DNA from: Glutamicibacter sp. | GTDB taxonomy: Bacteria > Actinomycetota > Actinomycetes > Actinomycetales > Micrococcaceae | Reading direction: 5' to 3' | Length of the DNA: 64,000 bases | NCBI RefSeq assembly: GCF_050701915.1 | Contig: NZ_JBOGEG010000015.1 | Coordinates: 9,569 to 73,568, forward strand | Shown here: positions 24,287 to 33,791 of the stretch, in pieces | Position numbering within the stretch: position 1 is the first letter of the stretch | Layout: every line of letters begins with the position of its first letter | The notes under the pieces: model-generated | Seen by the model: the letters and a program-made list of their open reading frames with translations, nothing else | Told to the model about the DNA's origin: nothing | Database searches by the model: none | Translations under genes and position numbers: made by a program

Positions 24287-25069
24287 ATGGGACAGAAGAT
24301 TAACCCGAACGGTTTCCGTCTCGGCATCACCACCGATCACGTTTCCCACTGGTTCGCTGATTCCAGCAAGCCAGGCCAGCGTTACGCTGACTACGTGAAG
24401 GAAGATGTCCAGATCCGCGCCCTGCTGTCTAACGGCATGGACCGCGCTGGCATCGCCCGCGTCGAGATCGAGCGTACCCGTGACCGCGTACGTGTGGATA
24501 TCCACACTGCACGTCCAGGTATCGTAATTGGTCGTCGCGGTGCAGAAGCTGACCGTATTCGTGGCGAGCTGGAAAAGCTCACCAAGAAGCAGGTTCAGCT
24601 GAACATCCTCGAGGTCAAGAACCCTGACATGGAGGCCATGCTGGTCGCCCAGGGCATCGCCGAGCAGCTTGCTTCCCGCGTGGCTTTCCGCCGTGCGATG
24701 AAGAAGGCAATGCAGTCGGCAATGCGCGCTGGTGCCAAGGGCATCCGCGTTCAGTGCTCCGGTCGACTTGGCGGCGCAGAAATGTCCCGCAAGGAGTTCT
24801 ACCGCGAAGGCCGTGTGCCACTGCACACCCTGCGCGCGAACATCGACTTCGGCAAGTTCGAAGCCAAGACCACCTTCGGCCGTATCGGCGTGAAGGTCTG
24901 GATCTACAAGGGTGACGTAACCGCCAAGGAACTGGCTGCACAGCAAGCTGCTGCTCCAGCTCGTGGCGGCCGCGGCGGCGGCAACGATCGTCCACGTGGC
25001 GGCGAACGCCGTCGTCGTAACGATCGCAAGGGCGCTGCAGCTCCGGCTGCGGAAGGAGGACAGGCTTAA
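24287..25069 (+). CDS. rpsC: 30S ribosomal protein S3 (with Arg/Gly-rich C-terminal tail)
   Basis: 260 aa. [18 protein letters not shown].. and a C-terminal [25 protein letters not shown] extension. Confidence 0.97.
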   Translation: MGQKINPNGFRLGITTDHVSHWFADSSKPGQRYADYVKEDVQIRALLSNGMDRAGIARVEIERTRDRVRVDIHTARPGIVIGRRGAEADRIRGELEKLTKKQVQLNILEVKNPDMEAMLVAQGIAEQLASRVAFRRAMKKAMQSAMRAGAKGIRVQCSGRLGGAEMSRKEFYREGRVPLHTLRANIDFGKFEAKTTFGRIGVKVWIYKGDVTAKELAAQQAAAPARGGRGGGNDRPRGGERRRRNDRKGAAAPAAEGGQA

Positions 25070-25486
25070 ATGCTTATCCCACGTCGTGTGAAGTTCCGCA
25101 AGCAGCACCACCCAAAGCGTTCGGGTGCTGCCAAGGGCGGTACCACCGTTGCTTTCGGTGAGTACGGCATCCAGGCGTTGACCCCGGCTTACGTGACTAA
25201 CCGTCAGATCGAAGCCGCTCGTATCGCCATGACCCGTTACATCAAGCGTGGCGGTAAGGTCTGGATCAACATCTACCCAGACCGTCCGCTTACCAAGAAG
25301 CCTGCCGAAACCCGCATGGGTTCCGGTAAGGGTTCGCCGGAGTGGTGGGTCGCCAACGTCAAGCCAGGACGAGTCATGTTTGAACTCGGTGGCGTCAGTG
25401 AAGAGGTAGCTAAAGAGGCATTGCGTCTTGCAATCCACAAGCTGCCAATGAAGGCACGCATCGTGCGTCGTGAAGGTGGTGAATAG
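25070..25486 (+). CDS. rplP: 50S ribosomal protein L16
   Basis: 138 aa. [29 protein letters not shown]. Confidence 0.98.
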   Translation: MLIPRRVKFRKQHHPKRSGAAKGGTTVAFGEYGIQALTPAYVTNRQIEAARIAMTRYIKRGGKVWINIYPDRPLTKKPAETRMGSGKGSPEWWVANVKPGRVMFELGGVSEEVAKEALRLAIHKLPMKARIVRREGGE

Positions 25487-25488
25487 GG

Positions 25489-25752
25489 ATGTCTATCGGC
25501 TCGAAAGACCTTAGCATTGAGTCCCTGGACGGCTTCGATACCGCTCGTTTGAACGAGGAATTGAAGAAGGCCAAGGCAGAACTGTTCAACCTGCGTTTCC
25601 AGTCGGCTACCGGCCAGCTGGATTCCCACGGGAACCTGAAGACCATCAAGCGCGATATCGCACGCATTTACACTGTGCTGCGCGAGCGCGAGCTGGGCAT
25701 TCGTCAGGATGTCGTTGTTCCGGTTGAAGAAACCAAGAAGGATTCCAAGTAA
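25489..25752 (+). CDS. rpmC: 50S ribosomal protein L29
   Basis: 87 aa. [24 protein letters not shown]. Confidence 0.93.
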   Translation: MSIGSKDLSIESLDGFDTARLNEELKKAKAELFNLRFQSATGQLDSHGNLKTIKRDIARIYTVLRERELGIRQDVVVPVEETKKDSK

Positions 25753-26039
25753 TGAGCGAGAAGGAGAACGGTGTGGATAACGCTACCGAGCGTAACGACC
25801 GCAAGACCCTCCGTGGTTACGTGGTATCTGACAAGATGCAGAAGACCATCGTCGTAGACGTTGAGGACCGTGTTAAGCACGCCCTTTACGGCAAGGTCAT
25901 GCGTCGCAACAAGAACGTGAAGGCTCACGACGAGAACAACGACGCCGGCATCGGCGACTTGGTTGTAATCGCTGAGACCCGCCCGCTGTCGGCTGACAAG
26001 CGCTGGCGTCTCGTTGAGATCGTGGAGAAGGCTAAGTAA
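25752..26039 (+). CDS. rpsQ: 30S ribosomal protein S17
   Basis: 95 aa. The ATG overlaps the rpmC stop (TAATG). [30 protein letters not shown]. Confidence 0.96.
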   Translation: MSEKENGVDNATERNDRKTLRGYVVSDKMQKTIVVDVEDRVKHALYGKVMRRNKNVKAHDENNDAGIGDLVVIAETRPLSADKRWRLVEIVEKAK

Positions 26040-26075
26040 GCTTTCGCTTCGATTTCACGGATCTCGTGATTGAAG

Positions 26076-26120
26076 AATGCCCCGGACTTTTCGCAAGAAG
26101 AGTTCGGGGCATTTCTGTCT
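26076..26120 (+). terminator. Terminator after rpsQ (end of S10 operon)
   Basis: 11-bp stem AATGCCCCGGA (26076-26086) / TTCGGGGCATT (26103-26113) followed by TCTGTCTT. Confidence 0.65.
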
Positions 26121-26138
26121 TAAAAAGCAGCGGGCAAA

Positions 26139-26558
26139 ATGCCACACTGGACTATGGAACAGATCAGGAAACTGCGCCCTGCAGGGCTCGTCAACTCGCC
26201 AGGTTTCAGCCACGTAGCCATCGTCCCGCCGGGTGCCAGCACTATCTATGTGGGTGGGCAGAACGCCGTAGACGGCACCGGGCAGCTGATCGGAGCCGGG
26301 GACGCCGCAGCGCAGGCGGCCAAGGCGCTGGGAAATGCCAAGCTCGCCTTGGCTGCCGCCAAAGCGAGCCTCCAAGACGTTGTGCAATGGAATGTGCTCC
26401 TGGTGGAAGGAATCGACATCGATAGCGTTTATGCCGCCATCGGCCCGCAATTGGCAGCTGCTGAACCGCCACTGGTGACTGCAGCCTTCGTCGCGAAGCT
26501 CGGTTTGCCAGGAGCGCTGGTTGAAATCAGTGCCGTGGCGGCAGTGCCGGCAGACTAG
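26139..26558 (+). CDS. RidA/YjgF/L-PSP family protein
   Basis: 139 aa. GFSHVAIVPPGASTIYVGGQNAVD..LVEISAVAAV pattern is typical of the RidA family. Confidence 0.75.
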   Translation: MPHWTMEQIRKLRPAGLVNSPGFSHVAIVPPGASTIYVGGQNAVDGTGQLIGAGDAAAQAAKALGNAKLALAAAKASLQDVVQWNVLLVEGIDIDSVYAAIGPQLAAAEPPLVTAAFVAKLGLPGALVEISAVAAVPAD

Positions 26559-27372
26559 TTTCGGCCTTTCGATAGGTGCCGGGGGAGTAGCCCAAGACTT
26601 TGCGGAAGTCTGCCGCAAGGTGGGCTTGATCCGCATATCCCAGCTCCGCAGCGATGCCAGCGATGGAAACTGCAGGATCCTCGCGCAGCCGATGAGCAGC
26701 TTCTTGCAAACGGTACCGCCGAATCACCGCCAGCGGGACCAGGCCCAAATACCTTTCCGAAATCCGTTGCAGGCTGCGTGTACTGAGCGACAGGCGCTGG
26801 GCCAATTGGGAAACCCTTACGATTCCGCGCTCCGCGGCGACGGTGTCGAGCAGCTCATTGGCTTGAAGGCCAGAACTTGTGGCTGCTGGAAGGTGAGCGG
26901 TGAGCCACGAACCGAAGCGCTCAGCACACGCCGGCCCAGCGTCCGCTTGCTCGGGTTGAGCCTTGATCTTGGCTATCGCGGCCAGCAGCCCAGGTGCGCT
27001 GAACTGCATTTCCTGGTCCAGCAACTCGACGGGAGCCACCTTGAGAGCCTGCGCAGCCGCTGGCCGCAACAAGGCCGAGACTGCCCAACTGCTCCCGGAC
27101 AGGTCGCGGTGCGAAGCACCGCTGGCAGGGCCGGATAGCGTGATGCCCTCTGGTTCAATGACCAGATTCATTTGCGGAAACGGCAGGAGCTCCTGCCGTG
27201 AGGTGCGTCCGGGCGCAATGTTCCAATCCACCAGCCAAAACCAGGAGACCAAATCCTGGAGGCCTGCACCGGGAGAGAATCGCTCGATTGCCGGTAGCCG
27301 GGCAGGGTAGAGAACGCCTCGGGGATCCGGTGCTGATTCCATGGCCTCTACCGCCCGTGCAGGTTGTCGCAT
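26527..27372 (-). CDS. AraC family transcriptional regulator
   Basis: 281 aa. C-terminal double HTH: VSQLAQRLSLSTRSLQRISERYLG..IAGIAAELGYADQAHLAADFRKVLGYSPGTYRK. Its 3' end overlaps the RidA gene by 32 nt. Divergent from the VOC gene. Confidence 0.85.
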   Translation of the reverse strand: MRQPARAVEAMESAPDPRGVLYPARLPAIERFSPGAGLQDLVSWFWLVDWNIAPGRTSRQELLPFPQMNLVIEPEGITLSGPASGASHRDLSGSSWAVSALLRPAAAQALKVAPVELLDQEMQFSAPGLLAAIAKIKAQPEQADAGPACAERFGSWLTAHLPAATSSGLQANELLDTVAAERGIVRVSQLAQRLSLSTRSLQRISERYLGLVPLAVIRRYRLQEAAHRLREDPAVSIAGIAAELGYADQAHLAADFRKVLGYSPGTYRKAETSLPALPPRH

Positions 27373-27414
27373 ATTTACAAGAACCAGCGTGCCACACAGT
27401 CCTAGCCTAGGGAT

Positions 27415-27921
27415 ATGGAAAATCCAGATGAAGCCACGCTAGGCGTGACGGGAAAACATACGACTGCTGGTGTCCCTCATGGATTCACCAGCCTGACTCC
27501 ATTCTTGGCTGTGCCCAATGCAAGGGCAGCGCTGGCATTCTATGAAGAAGTGTTCGGTGCGACAGTGCTTGATTCCACAGCAATAGGTGGCGTTGTCGTG
27601 CATGCAGAAATTGAATTCGGCAATGGCCGTTTGCAGATCGGGGAACCTTCGCCGGCCTACGGACTAGTCAGCCCGCCAACTACGCCGAACGCCTGCTACT
27701 CCTTGGGGTTCTACTGCGAAAATGCAGATGCTGTGGTGGCCAGGGCCGTGGACGCCGGAGCCAGCATTCGTGAACCACTGAGCAACTTCGTCTCGGGGGA
27801 CCGTTTTGCCTCGATCCTGGATCCCTTTGGAGTGCGTTGGTCCATCATGTCCAGGGTGGAAGACCTGTCGCTGGAAGAGAGCGCCCAGCGCGTAGCGCAG
27901 TGGGCGTCGCAGCAGTCATGA
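27415..27921 (+). CDS. VOC (glyoxalase/bleomycin-resistance, PhnB-like) family protein
   Basis: 168 aa. LTPFLAVPNARAALAFYEEVFGATV..HAEIEFGNGRLQIGE..FGVRWSI. Confidence 0.7.
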   Translation: MENPDEATLGVTGKHTTAGVPHGFTSLTPFLAVPNARAALAFYEEVFGATVLDSTAIGGVVVHAEIEFGNGRLQIGEPSPAYGLVSPPTTPNACYSLGFYCENADAVVARAVDAGASIREPLSNFVSGDRFASILDPFGVRWSIMSRVEDLSLEESAQRVAQWASQQS

Positions 27922-28019
27922 ATTAGCCAATGGCCAGCCGCAATCGAACCCGGTCGCAATCCAACGGAGCCGAAAGTATCCTGAGTGGAATCGTCGTTTA
28001 CTTCGAATAAGCTCAGAGG

Positions 28020-28976
28020 ATGATGACACGTCCCCGAAAACCTTGCCTGGGATGGCCCATTGGAACGGTTCTTGTTGCTTCTTTAGCCATTGGCGTCCTC
28101 CCGTTTCTGGGTTTCCTCGGTGCTGGATGGATTCCCAAGCTGCAGGCGTTCCAGCCATACCTGTTGCTCTTCCCGGCCGTGGTTCTGGTTATCGGGCTAC
28201 TGCGCAAGCAGTGGATCTTCAGCGGGTTCGTGCTGGTGTTCTTGGTCTGCGGCGCCCTGCCCAATTTGCAATTGAGCTCTGCCGCTGGCCAAGCCGGAAG
28301 CGACAAGTCCGAGCTGGTTCTCTTATCGTTCAATGCCTTGAAGGCAGGAGCGGACCCGGCACAGCTAGCTGAACTGATCAGGACCACGGATCCGCAGATT
28401 CTCGTCCTTGTTGAAACCAGCGAATCTATGCACCGGCAGCTGGCAGGACTGGATGCCCTGGATGAACTTGGCTATCGGAGCCTAGAAGCACCTGCTGGAG
28501 GAGAACGGGATACTGTGATCTTCTCAAAGTATCCACTGCAGGAGCGCACCACCGATCTGGATTCAGGGGACACCGGTTGGTACGCCTTGCCTGTCGTCGA
28601 TGTGCAGGCACCCGGTGGGGTCGTTAGCGTGGCCGGGATCCATATCTACCCGCCGGTTGGCGATGCGCAACGATGGAGCCAGGGCTTGGCGGCGGTCAAC
28701 GACTGGTCGGATCAGCAGCGGGATCATCCAATAATCCTTGCTGGCGACTTCAACTCCGTTCGCGCCCATCCAGGATTCCGGGCCCTGGGGGACGGCTATG
28801 AGCAGGCCGATGGAATCTGGCCCCGCTCGACATGGCCAGCTGGCCGGGGGCTCGCGCCATTGATCGGCATTGACCATATCCTGGCCAAGGGGCTGTCCGT
28901 GACGGGTTATTCTTCTCACGTCGTTGAAGGCTCGGATCATCTTGCGGTCAGCGCCACTGTCGAGTTCGCTCGCTGA
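28020..28976 (+). CDS. Membrane-anchored endonuclease/exonuclease/phosphatase (EEP) family protein
   Basis: 318 aa. About 3 N-terminal TM helices, then EEP blocks LSFNAL, LVLVETSE, ILAGDFNS, IDHILAKG and GSDHLAV. Confidence 0.75.
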   Translation: MMTRPRKPCLGWPIGTVLVASLAIGVLPFLGFLGAGWIPKLQAFQPYLLLFPAVVLVIGLLRKQWIFSGFVLVFLVCGALPNLQLSSAAGQAGSDKSELVLLSFNALKAGADPAQLAELIRTTDPQILVLVETSESMHRQLAGLDALDELGYRSLEAPAGGERDTVIFSKYPLQERTTDLDSGDTGWYALPVVDVQAPGGVVSVAGIHIYPPVGDAQRWSQGLAAVNDWSDQQRDHPIILAGDFNSVRAHPGFRALGDGYEQADGIWPRSTWPAGRGLAPLIGIDHILAKGLSVTGYSSHVVEGSDHLAVSATVEFAR

Positions 28977-29488
28977 GCGATGATTCCTGCCGGTGCTGGC
29001 CGGATGCTTGCGCTGCCCAGGGCTGACCGAAAATTAATTTCACTTTTGGCGATTCAGCTGCTTTTCATCCTCGGCAGCGCCTGGTCCACCACGATTGGCA
29101 CCCTGACGCCGTCTCGACCGGCCAGTTGCCCAGCTGGAGGCCAGCGCCAAAACCCCGAAATTCAGGGAATCTGCGCAGTGCTTGGTGTGACGAACGACGC
29201 TCGCTTTTCTCTTACCACACCATTTCGGATTCGCGCCACTCTAGGCTAGACTTAAGAATCTGTGCGCATGTTGTTCGGGGACTATCCACCTTCGACATAA
29301 TGCAGTGCGGTCCAAATCCGTTTGGCCGTGCAAGTGCAGCCTCGATATTTTACGCCTCGGCCCTGCCGGCATTTGGGATCAGCATTCGGTGCGCCCGCGC
29401 CAGTGGGGGTAAGCGATACGTATCGTGGAGACCATATCCGTTCCGCAAGGCTCATTCATGAGAACCAGCGAGACGACAGGAGTAAGAA

Positions 29489-29860
29489 GTGATTCAGCAG
29501 GAGTCGCGACTTAAGGTTGCCGATAACACTGGTGCTAAGGAAATCCTTACCATTCGTGTTCTTGGTGGCTCGAAGCGTCGCTACGCAAGCATTGGCGACA
29601 CCATTGTCGCTACCGTCAAGGATGCAATTCCTGGCGGCAACGTGAAGAAGGGCGACGTCGTAAAGGCAGTCGTCGTTCGCACCAAGAAGGAAATCCGTCG
29701 TGCAGACGGTTCCTACATCAAGTTCGACGAGAACGCTGCAGTTATCCTCAAGGGTGACGCTGCCGATCCTCGTGGTACTCGTATTTTCGGCCCAGTGGGC
29801 CGCGAGCTTCGTGACAAGAAGTTCATGAAGATCGTTTCGCTGGCTCCGGAGGTGCTGTAA
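29489..29860 (+). CDS. rplN: 50S ribosomal protein L14
   Basis: 123 aa, GTG start after [25 protein letters not shown].. Confidence 0.98.
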   Translation: MIQQESRLKVADNTGAKEILTIRVLGGSKRRYASIGDTIVATVKDAIPGGNVKKGDVVKAVVVRTKKEIRRADGSYIKFDENAAVILKGDAADPRGTRIFGPVGRELRDKKFMKIVSLAPEVL

Positions 29861-29862
29861 CC

Positions 29863-30207
29863 ATGGGCGCAAAGATCAAGAAGGGTGACCTGGTTCAGGT
29901 CATCGCTGGCAAGGAACGTGGCTTGCAGGGCAAGGTCCTGAAGGTCATTACCGAGTCCAACCGCGTGCTGGTCGAAGGCGTTAACCGCGTCACCAAGCAC
30001 ACCAAGGCAGGTCAGACCGAATCCGGTTCGACCACCGGCGGCATCGAGGTTGTCGAGGCTCCAGTGCACGTTTCCAACGTTGCAGTGGTTGACCCAGAGA
30101 CCAAGAAGCCAACCCGCGTCGGCTTCCGCGAGGAAACCGTTGAAAAGAACGGCGTGTCCAAGACTGTACGCGTCCGTTACGCCAAGGCTTCCGGAAAGGA
30201 TCTGTAA
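29863..30207 (+). CDS. rplX: 50S ribosomal protein L24
   Basis: 114 aa. [24 protein letters not shown]. Confidence 0.96.
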   Translation: MGAKIKKGDLVQVIAGKERGLQGKVLKVITESNRVLVEGVNRVTKHTKAGQTESGSTTGGIEVVEAPVHVSNVAVVDPETKKPTRVGFREETVEKNGVSKTVRVRYAKASGKDL

Positions 30208-30776
30208 TGACTGAAGCAGCCACCAAGATCCAGCCACGTCTGAAGGCTAAGTACGCAGCTGACATCCGCCCTGCCCTGCAGGAGCAGTTCAACTACGCCA
30301 ACCCAATGCAGGTACCATCCCTGACCAAGGTTGTCGTGAACATGGGTGTTGGCGAAGCAGCCAAGGACTCGAAGCTCATTGAAGGCGCCGTACGCGACCT
30401 GACCGCAATTACCGGTCAGAAGCCAGTGGTTACCAAGGCCCGCAAGTCGATCGCTCAGTTCAAGCTGCGCGAAGGCATGCCAATCGGTACCCACACCACC
30501 CTGCGTAACGATCGCATGTGGGAATTCGTCGACCGCCTGATCACCCTGGCACTGCCTCGTATCCGCGACTTCCGCGGCTTGAGCGACCGCCAGTTCGATG
30601 GCAATGGCAACTACACTTTCGGTCTGACCGAACAGTCGATGTTCCATGAAATCGATGTGGACAAGGTTGACCGCGTACGTGGTATGGACATCACTGTCGT
30701 TACCACCGCCAAGACTGATGACGAAGGCCGTGCCTTGCTTAAGGCTCTGGGCTTCCCATTCAAGACCAACAACTAA
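30207..30776 (+). CDS. rplE: 50S ribosomal protein L5
   Basis: 189 aa. The ATG overlaps the rplX stop. PRLKAKY..NMGVGEA..DFRGL. Confidence 0.97.
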   Translation: MTEAATKIQPRLKAKYAADIRPALQEQFNYANPMQVPSLTKVVVNMGVGEAAKDSKLIEGAVRDLTAITGQKPVVTKARKSIAQFKLREGMPIGTHTTLRNDRMWEFVDRLITLALPRIRDFRGLSDRQFDGNGNYTFGLTEQSMFHEIDVDKVDRVRGMDITVVTTAKTDDEGRALLKALGFPFKTNN

Positions 30777-30833
30777 TCTCACTACGTTACAGGTCCGCTA
30801 AGGAAACCGTAACGAGGAAGGGCTGAAGCCCAC

Positions 30834-31232
30834 ATGTCTATGACAGATCCAGTCGCAGATATGCTGACTCGTCTGCGCAACGCCAACTCGGCTTACCACG
30901 ACACTGTGTCGATGCCGTCGAGCAAGCTGAAAGTGCGCATTGCTAACATCCTCAAGGAACAGGGCTACATCGCCTCGTTCGAGGAAGTAGCTGCAGAAGT
31001 CGGCAAGACTCTGACTATCACTTTGAAGTACGGCCCATCGCGCGAGCGTTCGATCGCTGGCGTACGCCGTATCTCCAAGCCAGGTCTTCGCGTTTACGCA
31101 AAGTCCACCAACCTGCCTCACGTGCTCGGTGGTCTTGGTATCGCTATCCTGTCCACCTCCTCCGGTCTGCTTACTGACCGTCAGGCTGCAAAGAAGGGCG
31201 TGGGTGGGGAAGTCCTCGCCTACGTCTGGTAA
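30834..31232 (+). CDS. rpsH: 30S ribosomal protein S8
   Basis: 132 aa. [29 protein letters not shown]. Follows rplE after only 57 nt, so no rpsN lies between them. Confidence 0.97.
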   Translation: MSMTDPVADMLTRLRNANSAYHDTVSMPSSKLKVRIANILKEQGYIASFEEVAAEVGKTLTITLKYGPSRERSIAGVRRISKPGLRVYAKSTNLPHVLGGLGIAILSTSSGLLTDRQAAKKGVGGEVLAYVW

Positions 31233-31252
31233 CGGGAAAGGGGAAACATACA

Positions 31253-31789
31253 ATGTCACGTATTGGACGTCTTCCGATTTCCGTACCTGCCAACGTTGAG
31301 TTGAATGTCGACGGCCAGCTGGTCGCCGTCAAGGGTCCTAAGGGTGAACTTTCGATCACCGTCAAGGCTCCAATCACCGTTGCCAAGGACGAGAACACTG
31401 TTACCGTCAGCCGCCCGAACGACTCCCGCGAGGCTCGTTCGCTGCACGGTCTGACCCGCACCCTGATCAGCAACATGATCACTGGTGTGACCGATGGTTA
31501 CGAGAAGAAGCTCGAAATCCACGGTACCGGTTACCGCGTACAGGCTAAGGGTGCCGAGCTGGAGCTTGCTCTGGGCTACTCGCACCCAGTGAAGGTTGCT
31601 GCCGTTGACGGCATCACCTTCTCGGTCGAGGGCAACAACAAGATCACCGTTGCTGGTATCGATAAGCAGCACGTCGGTGAAGTTGCCGCTAACATCCGCA
31701 AGCTGCGCAAGACCGAGCCTTACAAGGGCAAGGGCATTCGCTACGCTGGCGAGATCATCCGCCGCAAGGTCGGAAAGGCTGGTAAGTAA
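31253..31789 (+). CDS. rplF: 50S ribosomal protein L6
   Basis: 178 aa. [24 protein letters not shown]. Confidence 0.97.
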   Translation: MSRIGRLPISVPANVELNVDGQLVAVKGPKGELSITVKAPITVAKDENTVTVSRPNDSREARSLHGLTRTLISNMITGVTDGYEKKLEIHGTGYRVQAKGAELELALGYSHPVKVAAVDGITFSVEGNNKITVAGIDKQHVGEVAANIRKLRKTEPYKGKGIRYAGEIIRRKVGKAGK

Positions 31790-31791
31790 TC

Positions 31792-32163
31792 ATGGCTATC
31801 GGAATCAAGGGCAAGAGCAAGTCCGCTCAGCGCGGTCGTCGTCACCAGCGTTTGCGCAAGCACATCGTTGGTACCTCCGTTCGTCCACGCCTGGTTGTCA
31901 ACCGCTCGGCTCGTCACATCTTCGTACAGATCGTAGACGACTCGCAGGGTATCACCCTGGCCAGCGCATCGACCATGGAAGCAGATCTTCGCGCAAGCGA
32001 TGCCGACAAGACCGCAAAGTCCAAGCGCATTGGTGAGCTCGTTGCAGAGCGCGCCAAGGCTGCTGGCATCGAAGCAGTTGTCTTCGACCGCGGTGGCAAC
32101 AAGTACCACGGTCGCGTGGCTGCTGTTGCTGACGGCGCACGTGAAGGTGGGCTGGCACTGTGA
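31792..32163 (+). CDS. rplR: 50S ribosomal protein L18
   Basis: 123 aa. [35 protein letters not shown]. Confidence 0.96.
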   Translation: MAIGIKGKSKSAQRGRRHQRLRKHIVGTSVRPRLVVNRSARHIFVQIVDDSQGITLASASTMEADLRASDADKTAKSKRIGELVAERAKAAGIEAVVFDRGGNKYHGRVAAVADGAREGGLAL

Positions 32164-32870
32164 GCGAAGCAACTAACAAGAAGGAAACTCAGGTGTCTGA
32201 AGCTACTGAAGCAGTCGAGACTGCATCGGCTCCCGCTACCGAGAACGCAGGATCCCGTCGCGGCGAAGGCCGCGGTCGTGGTGAAGGCCGTGGACGTGGC
32301 GAAGGCCGCGGTCGTGGTCGCGACCAGAAGGATAGCCGCAACGAAGACAAGGACAAGTTCCTTGAGCGCGTTGTAGCAATCAACCGTGTCTCCAAGGTCG
32401 TCAAGGGTGGTCGTCGCTTCAGCTTCACCGCACTTGTGGTCGTTGGCGACGGCAACGGTATGGTCGGCGTTGGCTACGGTAAGGCCAAGGAAGTTCCTGC
32501 TGCTATCGCAAAGGGCGTAGAAGAGGCCAAGAAGTCCTTCTTCCGCGTTCCACGCGTTGGCACCACCATTCCACACCTGGTCAAGGGTGAGGCCGCCGCT
32601 GGCGTTGTCTTGCTCCGCCCAGCAGCTCCTGGTACCGGTGTTATCGCCGGTGGCCCAGTGCGCGCCGTGTTGGAGTGCGCAGGCATCCACGACATCCTGT
32701 CGAAGTCGATGGGTTCGCAGAACCAGATCAACATCGTTCAGGGCACCATTGCTGCGCTGAAGGCTCTGGAAGAGCCTGCAGCTGTTGCAGCTCGCCGCGG
32801 TCTTCCGCTGGACGAGGTTGCACCAGCAGCAATGCTGCGTCACATCCAGTCCCAGAAGGCAGGTGCTTAA
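32160..32870 (+). CDS. rpsE: 30S ribosomal protein S5 (with long low-complexity N-terminal extension)
   Basis: 236 aa. The GTG overlaps the rplR stop. Core is [32 protein letters not shown]. The N-terminus carries (GEGRGR)x3. Confidence 0.96.
   Translation: MSEATNKKETQVSEATEAVETASAPATENAGSRRGEGRGRGEGRGRGEGRGRGRDQKDSRNEDKDKFLERVVAINRVSKVVKGGRRFSFTALVVVGDGNGMVGVGYGKAKEVPAAIAKGVEEAKKSFFRVPRVGTTIPHLVKGEAAAGVVLLRPAAPGTGVIAGGPVRAVLECAGIHDILSKSMGSQNQINIVQGTIAALKALEEPAAVAARRGLPLDEVAPAAMLRHIQSQKAGA
32262..32315 (+). repeat. Three tandem 18-nt codon-aligned repeats encoding GEGRGR inside rpsE
   Basis: GGCGAAGGCCGCGGTCGT / GGTGAAGGCCGTGGACGT / GGCGAAGGCCGCGGTCGT. Units 1 and 3 are identical. Confidence 0.9.
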
Positions 32871-32873
32871 TCA

Positions 32874-33080
32874 ATGGCTAAGAACATTGTTCCAAGCGAT
32901 GCCAAGCTGGCAATCACCCAGGTCAAGTCCATCATTGGTGGAAACCAGGGCCAGCGCGACGTTGTTCGCTCGCTGGGCCTGAAGCGCATCGGTCAGACCG
33001 TTGTGCGCACCGCCGATCCTGTGACTGTTGGCATGGTCAACAAGGTCCCACACCTGCTGAAGGTCGAGGAGGCGAAGTAG
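32874..33080 (+). CDS. rpmD: 50S ribosomal protein L30
   Basis: 68 aa. [30 protein letters not shown]. Confidence 0.95.
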   Translation: MAKNIVPSDAKLAITQVKSIIGGNQGQRDVVRSLGLKRIGQTVVRTADPVTVGMVNKVPHLLKVEEAK

Positions 33081-33082
33081 AG

Positions 33083-33535
33083 ATGGCTGAAGAAAAAGCA
33101 CTTAAGGTTCACCACCTGCGCCCAGCTGAGGGTGCCAAGACCGCTAAGACCCGTGTGGGTCGCGGTGAGGGCTCCAAGGGTAAGACCGCAGGTCGCGGTA
33201 CCAAGGGTACCAAGGCTCGTTACCAGGTGAAGGCAGGCTTCGCAGGTGGTCAGCTTCCGCTGCACATGCGTCTGCCAAAGCTGCGCGGCTTCAAGAACCC
33301 ATTCCGTGTCGAGTTCCAGGTTGTAAACCTGGACAAGATCTCGGAACTGTTCCCAGAAGGTGGCGAAGTCACCGTCGAGGCACTGGTTGCCAAGGGCGCC
33401 GTTCGCAAGAACCAGCCCGTCAAGGTCCTGGGCACCGGCGACATCACGGTTAAGGTTGACGTGAAGGTTGATGCCTTCTCGACTTCCGCATCCGAGAAGA
33501 TCGCTGCTGCTGGCGGCTCGGCAAACACCCTCTAA
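33083..33535 (+). CDS. rplO: 50S ribosomal protein L15
   Basis: 150 aa. [34 protein letters not shown]. Confidence 0.97.
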   Translation: MAEEKALKVHHLRPAEGAKTAKTRVGRGEGSKGKTAGRGTKGTKARYQVKAGFAGGQLPLHMRLPKLRGFKNPFRVEFQVVNLDKISELFPEGGEVTVEALVAKGAVRKNQPVKVLGTGDITVKVDVKVDAFSTSASEKIAAAGGSANTL

Positions 33536-33557
33536 TACAGGGTCAAGCCTTTGAATG

Positions 33558-33608
33558 GTCCCGGTTCGCGTTGAGCAATCAACGTGAACCGGGACTTTCT
33601 TTTTCTCT
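33558..33608 (+). terminator. Strong intrinsic terminator between rplO and secY
   Basis: 17-bp stem (33558-33574 / 33579-33595) with GCAA tetraloop, followed by TTTCTTTTTCT. Confidence 0.85.
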
Positions 33609-33703
33609 CGGCGAAACATTCTAAGATTTCTTATAATTGCTTGGATGATTAGTTGGTTTAGCGTCATTCCTGCAAACATTTGCGTGCATTTCGTGTGGCG
33701 CAT

Positions 33704-33734
33704 TTGGCAGGATTGCCTAACAGACCGCTAGAAT
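33704..33734 (+). promoter_or_regulatory. Candidate secY promoter
   Basis: TTGGCA (33704-33709), 19-nt spacer, TAGAAT (33729-33734), in an AT-rich stretch downstream of the rplO terminator. Confidence 0.3.
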
Positions 33735-33791
33735 CGTTAGGTCTAGGAAGAATCTCTTCCTCAGGCTCAAGCACTTACTTCAGGAGGACGC

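Noticed and set aside
26521-27138. 205-aa + strand ORF opposite the AraC gene
   Set aside because: The AraC double-HTH on the minus strand is unambiguous, so the + ORF is a shadow.
28980-29461. ORFs of 89 and 111 aa in the EEP-rplN spacer
   Set aside because: They have no RBS or motifs and lie in the probable promoter/leader region of the spc operon.
32262-32315. Tandem repeats as a possible CRISPR or minisatellite
   Set aside because: The repeats are contiguous with no spacers, codon-aligned and inside rpsE. This is a coding low-complexity expansion, not CRISPR.
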